DNA from: an uncultured Prevotellaceae bacterium
GTDB lineage: Bacteria; Bacteroidota; Bacteroidia; Bacteroidales; Bacteroidaceae
Reading direction: 5' to 3'
Length of the DNA: 45,952 nt
Assembly (NCBI GenBank): GCA_900321835.1
Contig: ONXQ01000005.1
Location: forward strand, 1 to 45,952
The translations under genes and the position numbers were made by a program. The notes beneath the pieces are model-generated. The model worked only from the letters and a program-made list of their open reading frames with translations, was not told the origin of the DNA and ran no database searches. Positions 15,439-23,882 of the stretch are shown piece by piece (the first letter of the stretch is position 1; each line of letters opens with the position of its first letter).

Positions 15439-18045
15439 ATGAAAAAACTCACAACCCTCGCAGCCGCACTGCTCATCGCACTCAGCGCCTCGGCCGTGCC
15501 TGCAAAACCCGTCAAGAAGACCGTCACCCTCACCGACGGCACCACAGTCACCGCCATCCTGCGCGGCGACGAACACCATCACAGCCTCGTCACCGCCGAC
15601 GGACGCGCCCTCAAGGAGGTGTCGGAAGGCATCTACGACTATAGCGACACCCAGGCCGAAAACGAGACGTGGAGCGCACTTCGCAACGCCAAAGCCAACC
15701 TGCGCCACCAAACCAGCCAGAAGCGACGCCAGGCCGGAAAGCCCCGCCGCGAATTCGGCGTTCCGGGCAAGGTGGTCGGCGAGAAGAGAGGACTTGTCAT
15801 CCTCGTCGAGTTCTCCGGCGCCTCAATGAAACACACACAGCAGGAGTTCGACCAGCAGTTCAACCAGGTCGGCTATTCGAAGAACCGCCACATAGGCTCC
15901 GTCCGCGACTATTTCAAGAAGCAGAGTTACGACCAACTCACCATCGACTTCGACGTCGTCGGACCCTATACGCTGGCGCATCCCATGTCCTACTACGGCA
16001 AGAACGCTTCGTTCACCTACAACGAAAACACCGGCATCATCACCTTCAAGGGCTGGAGTGAAAGTGGCGAAGACGTCAACGCCTTCGAAATGATCTACGA
16101 AGCCTGCCAGTCGGCCGACAAAGACGTGAATTTTGCCGACTACGACTGGGACGGCGACGGATACGTTGACCAGGTTTACGTCATCTACAACGGCTACGGC
16201 GAAGCCTCTGGGGCAGCCAGCACGACCATCTGGCCTCACGAATACGAACTTTCGATGTCGGCCTACTACCGGAACATGCCGTCGGGCTATCCCGACATGA
16301 CAAAGTTTGCCAACCTGACGCTCGACGGCGTGCATATCGACACCTACGCCTGCTCCAACGAACTCAGCGGAACGGCAGGCACGATGATGGACGGCATCGG
16401 CACCGCCTGCCACGAATTCACCCACTGCCTCGGCATTCCCGATTTCTATGACACGTCCTACAGCGGGAACTTCGGAATGGGCAATTGGGACCTCATGGAC
16501 CAGGGTTCGTACAATGGGCCTTCCGGCTACGAAGGATGCGTGCCAGCCGCCTACACGGCCTACGAGCGATGGTTCAGCGGATGGCTTGAGCCGGTCGAAC
16601 TCGACGAAGGTGCCAACGTCGCCGACATGGCTGCCATCACCGACAAGCCCGTCTCCTACGTCGTCTATAACCAAGGCAACCGCAACGAGTTCTACCTTCT
16701 GCAAAACATCCAGAAGACTTCCTGGAACCAGTATGCCGGAGGTCACGGAATGCTCGTCCAGCACATCTTCTACGACAAAGACATTTGGCAGGCCAACGAG
16801 CCCAACACCACCGGCAACAACAGCACGTCGGGCAACCAGTATCAGCGTTGCACCATCATTCCCGCCGACAACACCCGCAGCGAATACAACCTCGCCGGCG
16901 ACCCGTTCCCCGGCACATCCAAAAAGACAGCGCTGACCAACACCTCGATGCCCAGTGCAAGCCTGTACGTCTCCAACTCCAATGGTTCCAGACTCATGAA
17001 CCGCCCCATCGAGGACATCAAGGAGCAGAACGGCCTCATCTCCTTCACCTTCAACGGCGGAGCAAAGATTGACGCGCCCGTGGCCAACGAGGTGAAGGCC
17101 GACGACCTGACCGCCGACAGTTTCCGTGCCACATGGAGCGAAGTGTCGGAGGCAGCCTACTACAACGTTGAACTCACCGAATACGTCGAGGAGGAAGAGA
17201 CAACACCTGCTCCCGACGACCCACAGACCGTCACGCTGCTCCTCGACGAGGACTTCGCCGGCGTTTCGGCCCAGACCAACAGCAATGTCGATATCAGCGC
17301 CGACCTCGACCGATACCTGAACACGACAGGCTGGACAGGGTCGAAAGTCTATTCGGGCACCAACAATCCGGGTGGTGTGAAGATTGGTGCCAGCAAGACA
17401 GGCGGACGCCTCCAGACACCCCTGTTACAGGCGCCCCAGTCAAACGCCGTGACACTCTACCTGCGCTTCCAGGCCTACGGCACCGACGCAGTCGATTTCA
17501 CCGTCTCCTTCCTTTCGCAGACAGGCAATGTCATCACGACCAAAAACTACACGGCGAACACCGACGACGTGCTCACCGTCAGCATCGACCAGCCCTTCAG
17601 CGTGAAGTTTGAGACCGTGGCCAAGAAGCGCGTCTATCTCCTTGACGTCAAAGTGGCCGACGGCACCTACGACCGCAACGCCCTGCAGGACGGCGAAGGC
17701 ACGACGGACGACGACGACACGCCCAAGACCGTCGTGACGACCGTCCGTGTCGAAGACGCCACCGAGCACCTCTTCAGCGACCTCACCGCCAGCCAGTATT
17801 CCTACCGTGTGCAGGCTGTGGATGCCAGCGGTAACACCTCGGCGTGGAGCAACGTGGTCAGCGTCACCCTGCCCGAACCTCCCACCCACATCGCCGCCCC
17901 GACCGCGACCGACACCTTCGAGGTCTATACCCTCAGCGGCCTGCGCGTCAAGTCGGCTGCCAACGCCGCCACATGGCGCAACGGACTGCCACGCGGCACC
18001 TACATTCTCCGTTCGCAGCAAACGACGAAGAAGGCTGTGAAGTAA
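15439..18045 (+). CDS. M6-family (immune inhibitor A-like) metalloprotease with FN3-like domains and T9SS CTD
   Basis: Signal peptide; HEFTHCLGIPDFYD zinc motif; FRATWSEVSEAAYYNVEL and YSYRVQAVDASGNTSAWS FN3-like segments; C-terminal FEVYTLSGLRV...GTYILRSQQTTKKAVK. Confidence 0.8.
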   Translation: MKKLTTLAAALLIALSASAVPAKPVKKTVTLTDGTTVTAILRGDEHHHSLVTADGRALKEVSEGIYDYSDTQAENETWSALRNAKANLRHQTSQKRRQAGKPRREFGVPGKVVGEKRGLVILVEFSGASMKHTQQEFDQQFNQVGYSKNRHIGSVRDYFKKQSYDQLTIDFDVVGPYTLAHPMSYYGKNASFTYNENTGIITFKGWSESGEDVNAFEMIYEACQSADKDVNFADYDWDGDGYVDQVYVIYNGYGEASGAASTTIWPHEYELSMSAYYRNMPSGYPDMTKFANLTLDGVHIDTYACSNELSGTAGTMMDGIGTACHEFTHCLGIPDFYDTSYSGNFGMGNWDLMDQGSYNGPSGYEGCVPAAYTAYERWFSGWLEPVELDEGANVADMAAITDKPVSYVVYNQGNRNEFYLLQNIQKTSWNQYAGGHGMLVQHIFYDKDIWQANEPNTTGNNSTSGNQYQRCTIIPADNTRSEYNLAGDPFPGTSKKTALTNTSMPSASLYVSNSNGSRLMNRPIEDIKEQNGLISFTFNGGAKIDAPVANEVKADDLTADSFRATWSEVSEAAYYNVELTEYVEEEETTPAPDDPQTVTLLLDEDFAGVSAQTNSNVDISADLDRYLNTTGWTGSKVYSGTNNPGGVKIGASKTGGRLQTPLLQAPQSNAVTLYLRFQAYGTDAVDFTVSFLSQTGNVITTKNYTANTDDVLTVSIDQPFSVKFETVAKKRVYLLDVKVADGTYDRNALQDGEGTTDDDDTPKTVVTTVRVEDATEHLFSDLTASQYSYRVQAVDASGNTSAWSNVVSVTLPEPPTHIAAPTATDTFEVYTLSGLRVKSAANAATWRNGLPRGTYILRSQQTTKKAVK

Positions 18046-18055
18046 ATATAGGCCT

Positions 18056-18140
18056 GAGCGCTCGGACGAAAACGTCTGAGCGCTCAGAGATTTTCTTCCG
18101 AGCGCTCAGACGTTTTTTTCCAAGCGCACGGACTTCAAAA
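18056..18140 (-). repeat. 22-bp-phased GAGCGCTC element, reverse orientation, 4 units
   Basis: Cores at 18056, 18078, 18100, 18122 (the last is degenerate, AAGCGCAC). The head unit ...tttttttccAAGCGC is the reverse complement of GAGCGCTTGGaaaaaaa. Confidence 0.9.
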
Positions 18141-18186
18141 AAATCTGCGCTGTCCCGACTGGGGCAACGCAGATTCTTTTTTATGG
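18136..18186. terminator. bidirectional stem-loop terminator
   Basis: A-run, AAATCTGCG ... CGCAGATT, then a T-run; lies between convergent genes. Confidence 0.6.
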
Positions 18187-18209
18187 CAAAGCAGACCGGG
18201 CCGGACGGC

Positions 18210-18848
18210 TCACTGCATCACTGCCTCGACAAACATCTTCGTCGTCTGGAAAGACCGTTCAGCAATCGTGTTCCAGAAGTCGTGGTACTGCGAGGCGTCA
18301 GTGTCCTCGAGCGGCTTGTCGCTAATGACGCGGAAAGAGATGAAGGGCACGTGGTTGAGATAGCAGGCATGGGCAATGGCACACGACTCCATATCCACGG
18401 CTTTGGCGTCGGGAAAATGACCGACGATTTCGCGCATCTTCTCCTTGCTGTCCACAAACCAGTCGCCCGTGACGATAAGCCCCGGGTGGACACCCGGCAA
18501 CTGCACCGCCTTTGCCAGCAGTGCAGGGTCAGGAACGAAGCGCACCGGCAGCCCCTGCACCTGTCCGTACTGGGTCGTGTTGTCGATGGCTGCGCCACAA
18601 TAGACATCGTGGTAGGCCAGTTCGGCACTGACGACGACGTCCTGCACACGCACGTCCGGTCCGTTGCCGCCGGCACAGCCTGAAGAAATCACTACATCGG
18701 GGCAGAACTCCCCAATCATGCGCTGTGCGCCCAGAGCGGCATTCACCTTTCCGATGCCACACTTCTCAACGCGCACATTCTCTGTTGAAAAAAGCGATTG
18801 GAGTTGTTTCAACTCCTTATCCATAGCAACAATAATACCGATTTTCAT
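18210..18848 (-). CDS. mtnN: 5'-methylthioadenosine/S-adenosylhomocysteine nucleosidase
   Basis: MKIGIIVAMDKELKQL, GIGKVNAALGAQ, VISSGCAGG, AVDMESCAIAH: typical PNP_UDP_1/Pfs motifs. Confidence 0.9.
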   Translation of the reverse strand: MKIGIIVAMDKELKQLQSLFSTENVRVEKCGIGKVNAALGAQRMIGEFCPDVVISSGCAGGNGPDVRVQDVVVSAELAYHDVYCGAAIDNTTQYGQVQGLPVRFVPDPALLAKAVQLPGVHPGLIVTGDWFVDSKEKMREIVGHFPDAKAVDMESCAIAHACYLNHVPFISFRVISDKPLEDTDASQYHDFWNTIAERSFQTTKMFVEAVMQ

Positions 18849-18869
18849 ATTTTTTAGTATTTGTTTCGT

Positions 18870-18900
18870 GCAAAGTTACAAAATATTGTCGTAACTTTGC
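18870..18900. promoter_or_regulatory. palindromic pair of divergent -7 boxes (bidirectional promoter)
   Basis: GCAAAGTTACaaaatattgtcGTAACTTTGC; TAACTTTG on each strand faces mtnN (-) and ORF 18974 (+). Confidence 0.6.
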
Positions 18901-18973
18901 CCAAAATTTTAACAAATACTTGTCTTAGCGACAAGATTTTTCACTTTCAACTTTTCACTTATCACTTTCAACA

Positions 18974-19918
18974 ATGGATAGTTCCACACTTTCTTACATT
19001 CTCGGAGGACTTTGCGTGGTCATCGCCCTCGTTGAACTCTATTTCCTGCGCCGGATGCTTCATGCCTTCCGACCGCTCCGCGACGAAAACCGCCTCAGCG
19101 ACATCGAGGGCGGACGCTCCCACTTCCGCTTCGTGCCCGACAACATTGGTCCCCTCACCTTCGCAGCCTCCACCCACTACGTCCCCACCTTCCTCTCGAC
19201 CAAAGAGAAAGGCAAGTTCGTCGGCCTCGCAGTGCTCTACGTCACGCTCACAGCCCTCGTTGTCGGCCTCCTCGCCTACCTGCTCTGGGACAATCGCAAC
19301 GCCTGGGCAACGTCGGCCATCGTCATGTCCGTCGTCACCCTCCTGCTCCTCATCCTCCTGCTCTGCATTTTCACCGTCTATGCGTGGAAATACATCCCCT
19401 TCAAGTGTCGCCGGCAGGCCACCGATATGTTCGTCGGACGCGACGGCATCAGCCTCTACAAGTTCAAGGACACCCGCGAGCAGATAGCAGAGAGCAAGAC
19501 CATCCCCTTCGCCGCCGTCCACAACATCCTGCGCAAGCGCGAAGCCGCCAGCAGCAAGAAGAACCGCGTCGAATACCTCTACATCGGCAGTCCCAACGGC
19601 ACGCCCCGTGGCGACGACGCCGAACTGCTTAAACTTCGCGCCGTCCACAACACCCTGCTCAACAAGCCGGCCACCCTCCAGTTCCTCGAGGCTGCCGACA
19701 CCGCCTACGCCCACTGGCAGCAGGATGCCGACGCCTCAAAGCGCCGCGAAGCCGAGGACGCCGAACTGCGTGCCCGTGCCGAAGCCGCCGAACAGGCCGA
19801 AGCAGCACGACTGGAAGCCGAAGCACAACGACTGGCCGCCGAACAGGCTGCAGCCGCCGAACGTGCCAAGAAAACCGACACGTCCGACTACTTCTCCTCC
19901 ACCGCCACATTCAACTAA
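18974..19918 (+). CDS. membrane protein with Ala/Glu-rich (TolA-like) C-terminal coiled coil, function unknown
   Basis: 3 hydrophobic segments (ILGGLCVVIALVELYF, GLAVLYVTLTALVVGLLAYLL, AIVMSVVTLLLLILLLCIFTV); C-terminus REAEDAELRARAEAAEQAEAARLEAEAQRLAAEQAAAAERAKK. Confidence 0.6.
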   Translation: MDSSTLSYILGGLCVVIALVELYFLRRMLHAFRPLRDENRLSDIEGGRSHFRFVPDNIGPLTFAASTHYVPTFLSTKEKGKFVGLAVLYVTLTALVVGLLAYLLWDNRNAWATSAIVMSVVTLLLLILLLCIFTVYAWKYIPFKCRRQATDMFVGRDGISLYKFKDTREQIAESKTIPFAAVHNILRKREAASSKKNRVEYLYIGSPNGTPRGDDAELLKLRAVHNTLLNKPATLQFLEAADTAYAHWQQDADASKRREAEDAELRARAEAAEQAEAARLEAEAQRLAAEQAAAAERAKKTDTSDYFSSTATFN

Positions 19919-19953
19919 AATTCATCATCAACCCTTATTTTTCCAAAGACAAA

Positions 19954-20385
19954 ATGAAACGCATCTTATTCCTCACCCTCACCCTGTTCTGCGTGCTCTG
20001 CACCAGTGCCCAGGAGCAAACACAGCGTCCGCGCCGCCAGCGCTACGAAATCCCCACCGACGCACCCATCAAGACCAAGCAGCAGGACGGCACCGTCGTC
20101 ATCAACACCTCGGCCCTGTGCAAGGACGTGCGCGGCTACCGCGACATGACGCCCGTCCAGATTTTCATCAAGAAGGACAAAGTCGTCCGCGTCGAAGCCC
20201 TCCGCAACAACGAAGGCCCCAAGTACATGGACATGGCACGCCCCCTTCTCGACAAATGGAACGGGCAGAAGGTGAAGCAGGCACAGGCACAGAAGGTCGA
20301 TGCCGTCACCGGCGCCACCTTCACCTCCAACGCACTCATTGAAAACGTGCGCCAGGGCCTGAAATACTACGCAGAAAAGAAGTAG
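19954..20385 (+). CDS. secreted FMN-binding domain protein
   Basis: Signal peptide MKRILFLTLTLFCVLCTSAQ; FMN_bind signature VDAVTGATFTSNALIENV. Confidence 0.7.
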   Translation: MKRILFLTLTLFCVLCTSAQEQTQRPRRQRYEIPTDAPIKTKQQDGTVVINTSALCKDVRGYRDMTPVQIFIKKDKVVRVEALRNNEGPKYMDMARPLLDKWNGQKVKQAQAQKVDAVTGATFTSNALIENVRQGLKYYAEKK

Positions 20386-20414
20386 GCCGCCAGTTCGGCA
20401 TTTACCCCAAAAAC

Positions 20415-20458
20415 ACACCGCAGTGCAACGGAATTTGCACTGCGGTGTATTTTTATTT
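20415..20458 (+). terminator. rho-independent terminator
   Basis: 14-bp perfect stem ACACCGCAGTGCAA-cggaat-TTGCACTGCGGTGT followed by atttttattt. Confidence 0.85.
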
Positions 20459-20461
20459 CGT

Positions 20462-20548
20462 CTGTGGACGAAATTTATTTCAACTGCGGACGAAATTATT
20501 TTCGTCTGCGGACGAAATTTTTTTCAACTGCGGACGAAATTTGGGGGC
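20462..20548. repeat. 4-unit tandem array, 22-bp period, CTGCGGACGAAAT variant
   Basis: Units start at 20462, 20484, 20506, 20528: ctg(t/c)ggacgaaatt(t/a)(a/t)tttc(aa/gt). Confidence 0.9.
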
Positions 20549-20570
20549 ATGGGACAAGAACCGAAGGCCG

Positions 20571-22664
20571 TCAGTCGTAGAAGTTCCAACTGATGCCGAA
20601 ACGGAGGCCGCCGGGGTTCATCGGATAGTGGGGCGCCCAGAAACTGTTGCCGTCGCGCTGGTTGACATGATAATACTGCACATAGAAGCGGCACTTCTTC
20701 AGCAGGATGTTGGCATAGACGCTAATGAGGGGATAGCCACCAATCTGGATGCGATGGTTGGGGTTCTGCGTGGTGAACAGGCCGACGACGGGCGAGTAGT
20801 CGGGTGCATAGTAGCGGGTGAAGAAGGTCATGTCGCCTCCAATCTCGCAATGCATCACCTTTGCCACGACGAAACGCAGGTAGAGGTTGCTGTAGGTCGA
20901 GAGTGCAGGCAGGGGCAGGATGTCCTTCTGTGTGGAGTTTTGCCAGGTGACGACATTGTCGAGATGGACAGGGCCGAACTTGAGGTCCTGGCGCAGCGAG
21001 GCGGTCAGCACTTGGATGGGGCTGCCGTTCTGCTGGGCCACGATGTTGTGGGTCTGGTAGGTCGTGCCGCTGGTGGTGACGTCGGTGCCTTCGTCGGCCA
21101 GATAGATGTAGTTCTTGATGTTGTCGATTCCAGCGGTGAGGACGGTGTGGGTGTGGGGAATGGTGATGGTGCCGACGATGCGGGTGTGGAAGACGTTGTC
21201 GAAGGATTTGTCCCACCAGGCATGTTTGGAGTGATAATGCTCCATGTTGTAGGTGGTCGTCGTGCTGCTCACTTTGGCATTGACGGCCACTTGTGCCGTA
21301 TCACCGAGCAGGGGGATGTTCAGTTCGCCGTGTCCGCTGACGTCGAACTCGCCGATGTTGGTGCCTGCGGCAACGAGGGTGGCATCGACGTTGTAGTGAA
21401 TCAAGTGGCCTTGAGTACGGATAATCTGGCCGCCTACCAGGACGTCGCTTTCGGTGGGATGGGAACGGACTTCTGCCGGACTTCCGTCGATGGTCACCAC
21501 GTCGGGCATGTCGTAGCGGCGGTAACGGTAGCCGGCGTAGGCACTGAGGCCTGCCACGGCATAGCGGTTGAAGCCTTCACGCAGGGAGATGCCGGCGAGA
21601 GTTTGTACCTGGAGGAACTTGTAGCGGTCGGTAGCATCGGTGGTGAAGGGCATGAAGTCGTAGGTGTGGTAGGTGCCGACGGGGTTGTCCTGCTCGATAT
21701 AGGCCTTGCTGTACTTCTGCAGCGATGCGCTGTGGAAGAAGGTGGTGACAGGGACGAAGGTCTCCCATGTGCGCACGCTGTCGCTATCGACGCGGGTGAA
21801 GCCGACATGGTAGCGATGGTTGAACTGCACCTCGTCGTTCTCCATGCGGTTCCACGTGGCGCTCAGGCGGACAGGGATTTCGTTGGGTTCGAAACTCTGT
21901 GGCTGGTCCTCGGGACGGGTGATGTAGCCGTCGTCCTCAATACCTCCGTTCTCGGCCCACTTCATGTAGTTGTGGGTGTAGTGGAAGTGCATGTCGTAGC
22001 GCTCTCCTGTGTAGGAGGCAAAGCCCGTGGCGTTCATGAAGGAGGTTGACTGATGGTCGTAGTAGCCCTGACCGTAGAAGTAGTCGAAGATGCCGCCGAA
22101 GTTGAAGCGCTTGCCCACGTTGTTGGCATAGAGGGCACGGAAGCGGTCGTGGCCCGTACGCTTTTCGCCGCACCAGGTGTAGGTGAGGTTCATGTAGGGC
22201 GACTTGGTGTTGAAGTGGCGGAACTGGTCGGGGGGGATGATGAACTGCGAGAAGGGCTGGGTGAAGACGAAGTCGGGCTCGGCCTGACGATGGATGAAGA
22301 TGCGGTTGATGCGCGGCGAACCGAGGTTGGAGAGCGAGTTGTACTCGCCTTCGCGTCCTTCGGGGTGGTCGTCGTTCTGGAAGAGGTGCATGAGGGTATC
22401 GACGTCGGCGTCGATGCGGTTGCCGAAGGTGGGATCGACGGTCCACGAGCGCACATCGACGGGCACGACCTTGTTTTTCTTTTTCTCCTCGTCGGCGGCA
22501 TCCTGACGGCGCATCGAGTCGGCGGTGTTGAATCCGTCGAAGCCGGCATTGGTCTCCAACTCGCCGATGATGCGCTGGGCAGGCGACGTGACGCTGCACA
22601 GGGCACAAAGCAGGAGGCAGAGCAGGCGGAGCGAGGGTCGTGGGAGTCTTGTCATGCGGGCCAT
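20571..22664 (-). CDS. outer-membrane beta-barrel protein (Bacteroidetes putative-porin family)
   Basis: Signal peptide LLCLLLCALCSVTSPAQ; 697 aa rich in alternating aromatic/polar strands; C-terminal GLRFGISWNFYD. Confidence 0.65.
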   Translation of the reverse strand: MARMTRLPRPSLRLLCLLLCALCSVTSPAQRIIGELETNAGFDGFNTADSMRRQDAADEEKKKNKVVPVDVRSWTVDPTFGNRIDADVDTLMHLFQNDDHPEGREGEYNSLSNLGSPRINRIFIHRQAEPDFVFTQPFSQFIIPPDQFRHFNTKSPYMNLTYTWCGEKRTGHDRFRALYANNVGKRFNFGGIFDYFYGQGYYDHQSTSFMNATGFASYTGERYDMHFHYTHNYMKWAENGGIEDDGYITRPEDQPQSFEPNEIPVRLSATWNRMENDEVQFNHRYHVGFTRVDSDSVRTWETFVPVTTFFHSASLQKYSKAYIEQDNPVGTYHTYDFMPFTTDATDRYKFLQVQTLAGISLREGFNRYAVAGLSAYAGYRYRRYDMPDVVTIDGSPAEVRSHPTESDVLVGGQIIRTQGHLIHYNVDATLVAAGTNIGEFDVSGHGELNIPLLGDTAQVAVNAKVSSTTTTYNMEHYHSKHAWWDKSFDNVFHTRIVGTITIPHTHTVLTAGIDNIKNYIYLADEGTDVTTSGTTYQTHNIVAQQNGSPIQVLTASLRQDLKFGPVHLDNVVTWQNSTQKDILPLPALSTYSNLYLRFVVAKVMHCEIGGDMTFFTRYYAPDYSPVVGLFTTQNPNHRIQIGGYPLISVYANILLKKCRFYVQYYHVNQRDGNSFWAPHYPMNPGGLRFGISWNFYD

Positions 22665-22673
22665 TTCGTTGTG

Positions 22674-22940
22674 TCAGAACATGAAACGCAGTACAAATTC
22701 GGCTATCTTGAGCAGCAGGGCCGTCAGGCCTACGCCGAAGTAGAGGCCGCGCTGCTCGGGCAGGAGAAAATAGATGAGGATGGCGGCGACGAATCCGAGC
22801 ATGAAGACGATGTTGAGCACGGTGCGGACCTGCGTCACCCACTGGCGCCGGCGCGACGGGCGGTGCCATCGGCCGGCGTTGCGTCCCTTCTCTTTCTCGA
22901 GGGCCTCGGCTATAATCTGGTCGATTTCGTCCTGTTTCAT
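22674..22940 (-). CDS. small two-TM membrane protein, function unknown
   Basis: 88 aa with a charged N-terminus and 2 hydrophobic helices; start overlaps the stop of the upstream gene (ATGA at 22937-22940), which suggests an operon. Confidence 0.55.
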   Translation of the reverse strand: MKQDEIDQIIAEALEKEKGRNAGRWHRPSRRRQWVTQVRTVLNIVFMLGFVAAILIYFLLPEQRGLYFGVGLTALLLKIAEFVLRFMF

Positions 22941-23578
22941 TTGCAGGCTTCCTCCAGTTCGCGGAACAGTTCGTCCTTCAGGTCAACGGTGCGCACACGG
23001 AAGCGTGCAGCCGCCTTCAGCAGGCCGCCCTTGCGGCCGATAGCCTCGCGGTCGGTGATCCAGTCTTCGGCCGCGACACGTTCAGCCTCTTCGACAAAGG
23101 TGTAGGTGTAGGCAATCTGCGAAATCTCGGCAGCGACCCGTCCGTCGGCCACCTGCAGGCGCAGCAGGTATTGCAGGCGGGCTGCGTCGCGGTTGAGCAC
23201 CTTGTTGGTGAACACGAGTTCCTCGTCGCCCTGGCAGGTGATGACGCCCTCATCGACGTCGGCTATCTGGACAGAGGCAAATTCGTAGTTGTGGAAAAAG
23301 GCTGGCTCAAACCATTCGCCGCTCTGGATGCCTGCCGCATAGCGCATTTCGGCCCATCGGCCGATGGCATAGAAGAGATCCTGACGCGACTTGCCCGGCG
23401 CGTCGATGACGGTGCTGAACACCACCTTGCCGTCGCGTTCGGGCACGGCGCCCTTCAGATAGTATTCCGCCGGCTGGCGTCCTTTATACTCCTTCTTCAT
23501 CAGCAGTTGTGCGTTTGCCGTCGCTGCCGTCAGCCAGGCCATCATCACGACCGCGGCCACCAAGATATTTTTCTTCAT
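22937..23578 (-). CDS. secreted DUF4468-like protein, function unknown
   Basis: Start moved to ATG 23578 (MKKNILVAAVVMMAWLTAATANAQ signal peptide). The family assignment is from memory only. Confidence 0.55.
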   Translation of the reverse strand: MKKNILVAAVVMMAWLTAATANAQLLMKKEYKGRQPAEYYLKGAVPERDGKVVFSTVIDAPGKSRQDLFYAIGRWAEMRYAAGIQSGEWFEPAFFHNYEFASVQIADVDEGVITCQGDEELVFTNKVLNRDAARLQYLLRLQVADGRVAAEISQIAYTYTFVEEAERVAAEDWITDREAIGRKGGLLKAAARFRVRTVDLKDELFRELEEACK

Positions 23579-23638
23579 CCTTGTCTTGTGTTTAGGTTGA
23601 ACATCACGATTGAGTGCCGTTTCGGCACAAATTCTCTG

Positions 23639-23697
23639 CAAAGTTAGTGTAAAAGGTGTGCAATACAAAATAAATTAACATATTTTATTTTTATTGC
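23639..23697 (-). promoter_or_regulatory. -7 box TAACTTTG preceded by a GCAATA...TATTGC AT-rich hairpin (third copy of the 7179-7338 module)
   Basis: Minus strand reads GCAATAAAAATAAAATAtgttaATTTATTTTGTATTGCacaccttttacacTAACTTTG. Confidence 0.6.
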
Positions 23698-23764
23698 TGC
23701 CCTACGTCCCTGCATGGCGCAGAAGACGGACGGAGGGCGACGGCTGTACCGCTGGGGTGAAAAT

Positions 23765-23870
23765 CTTCGCGCGCACGCGTAAAGGTCTGAGCGCTCGGAA
23801 AGAAACGTCTGAGCGCTCGGAAGAAATCGTCTGAGCGCTCAGACGAAAATTTCCAAGCGCTCGGAAAGGC
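23765..23870 (-). repeat. 22-bp-phased GAGCGCTC element, reverse orientation, 4 units plus tail
   Basis: Cores at 23789, 23811, 23833, 23855. The reverse complement is nearly identical to the 14024-14105 copy apart from one extra unit. Confidence 0.92.
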
Positions 23871-23882
23871 GGCGACGGTGGG

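Noticed and set aside
20445-22049. 534-aa plus-strand ORF opposite the putative porin gene
   Set aside because: It is Val/Gly/Ala/Asp-rich with no motifs, typical of antisense shadow ORFs in high-GC DNA. The minus-strand ORF has a signal peptide and beta-barrel character.
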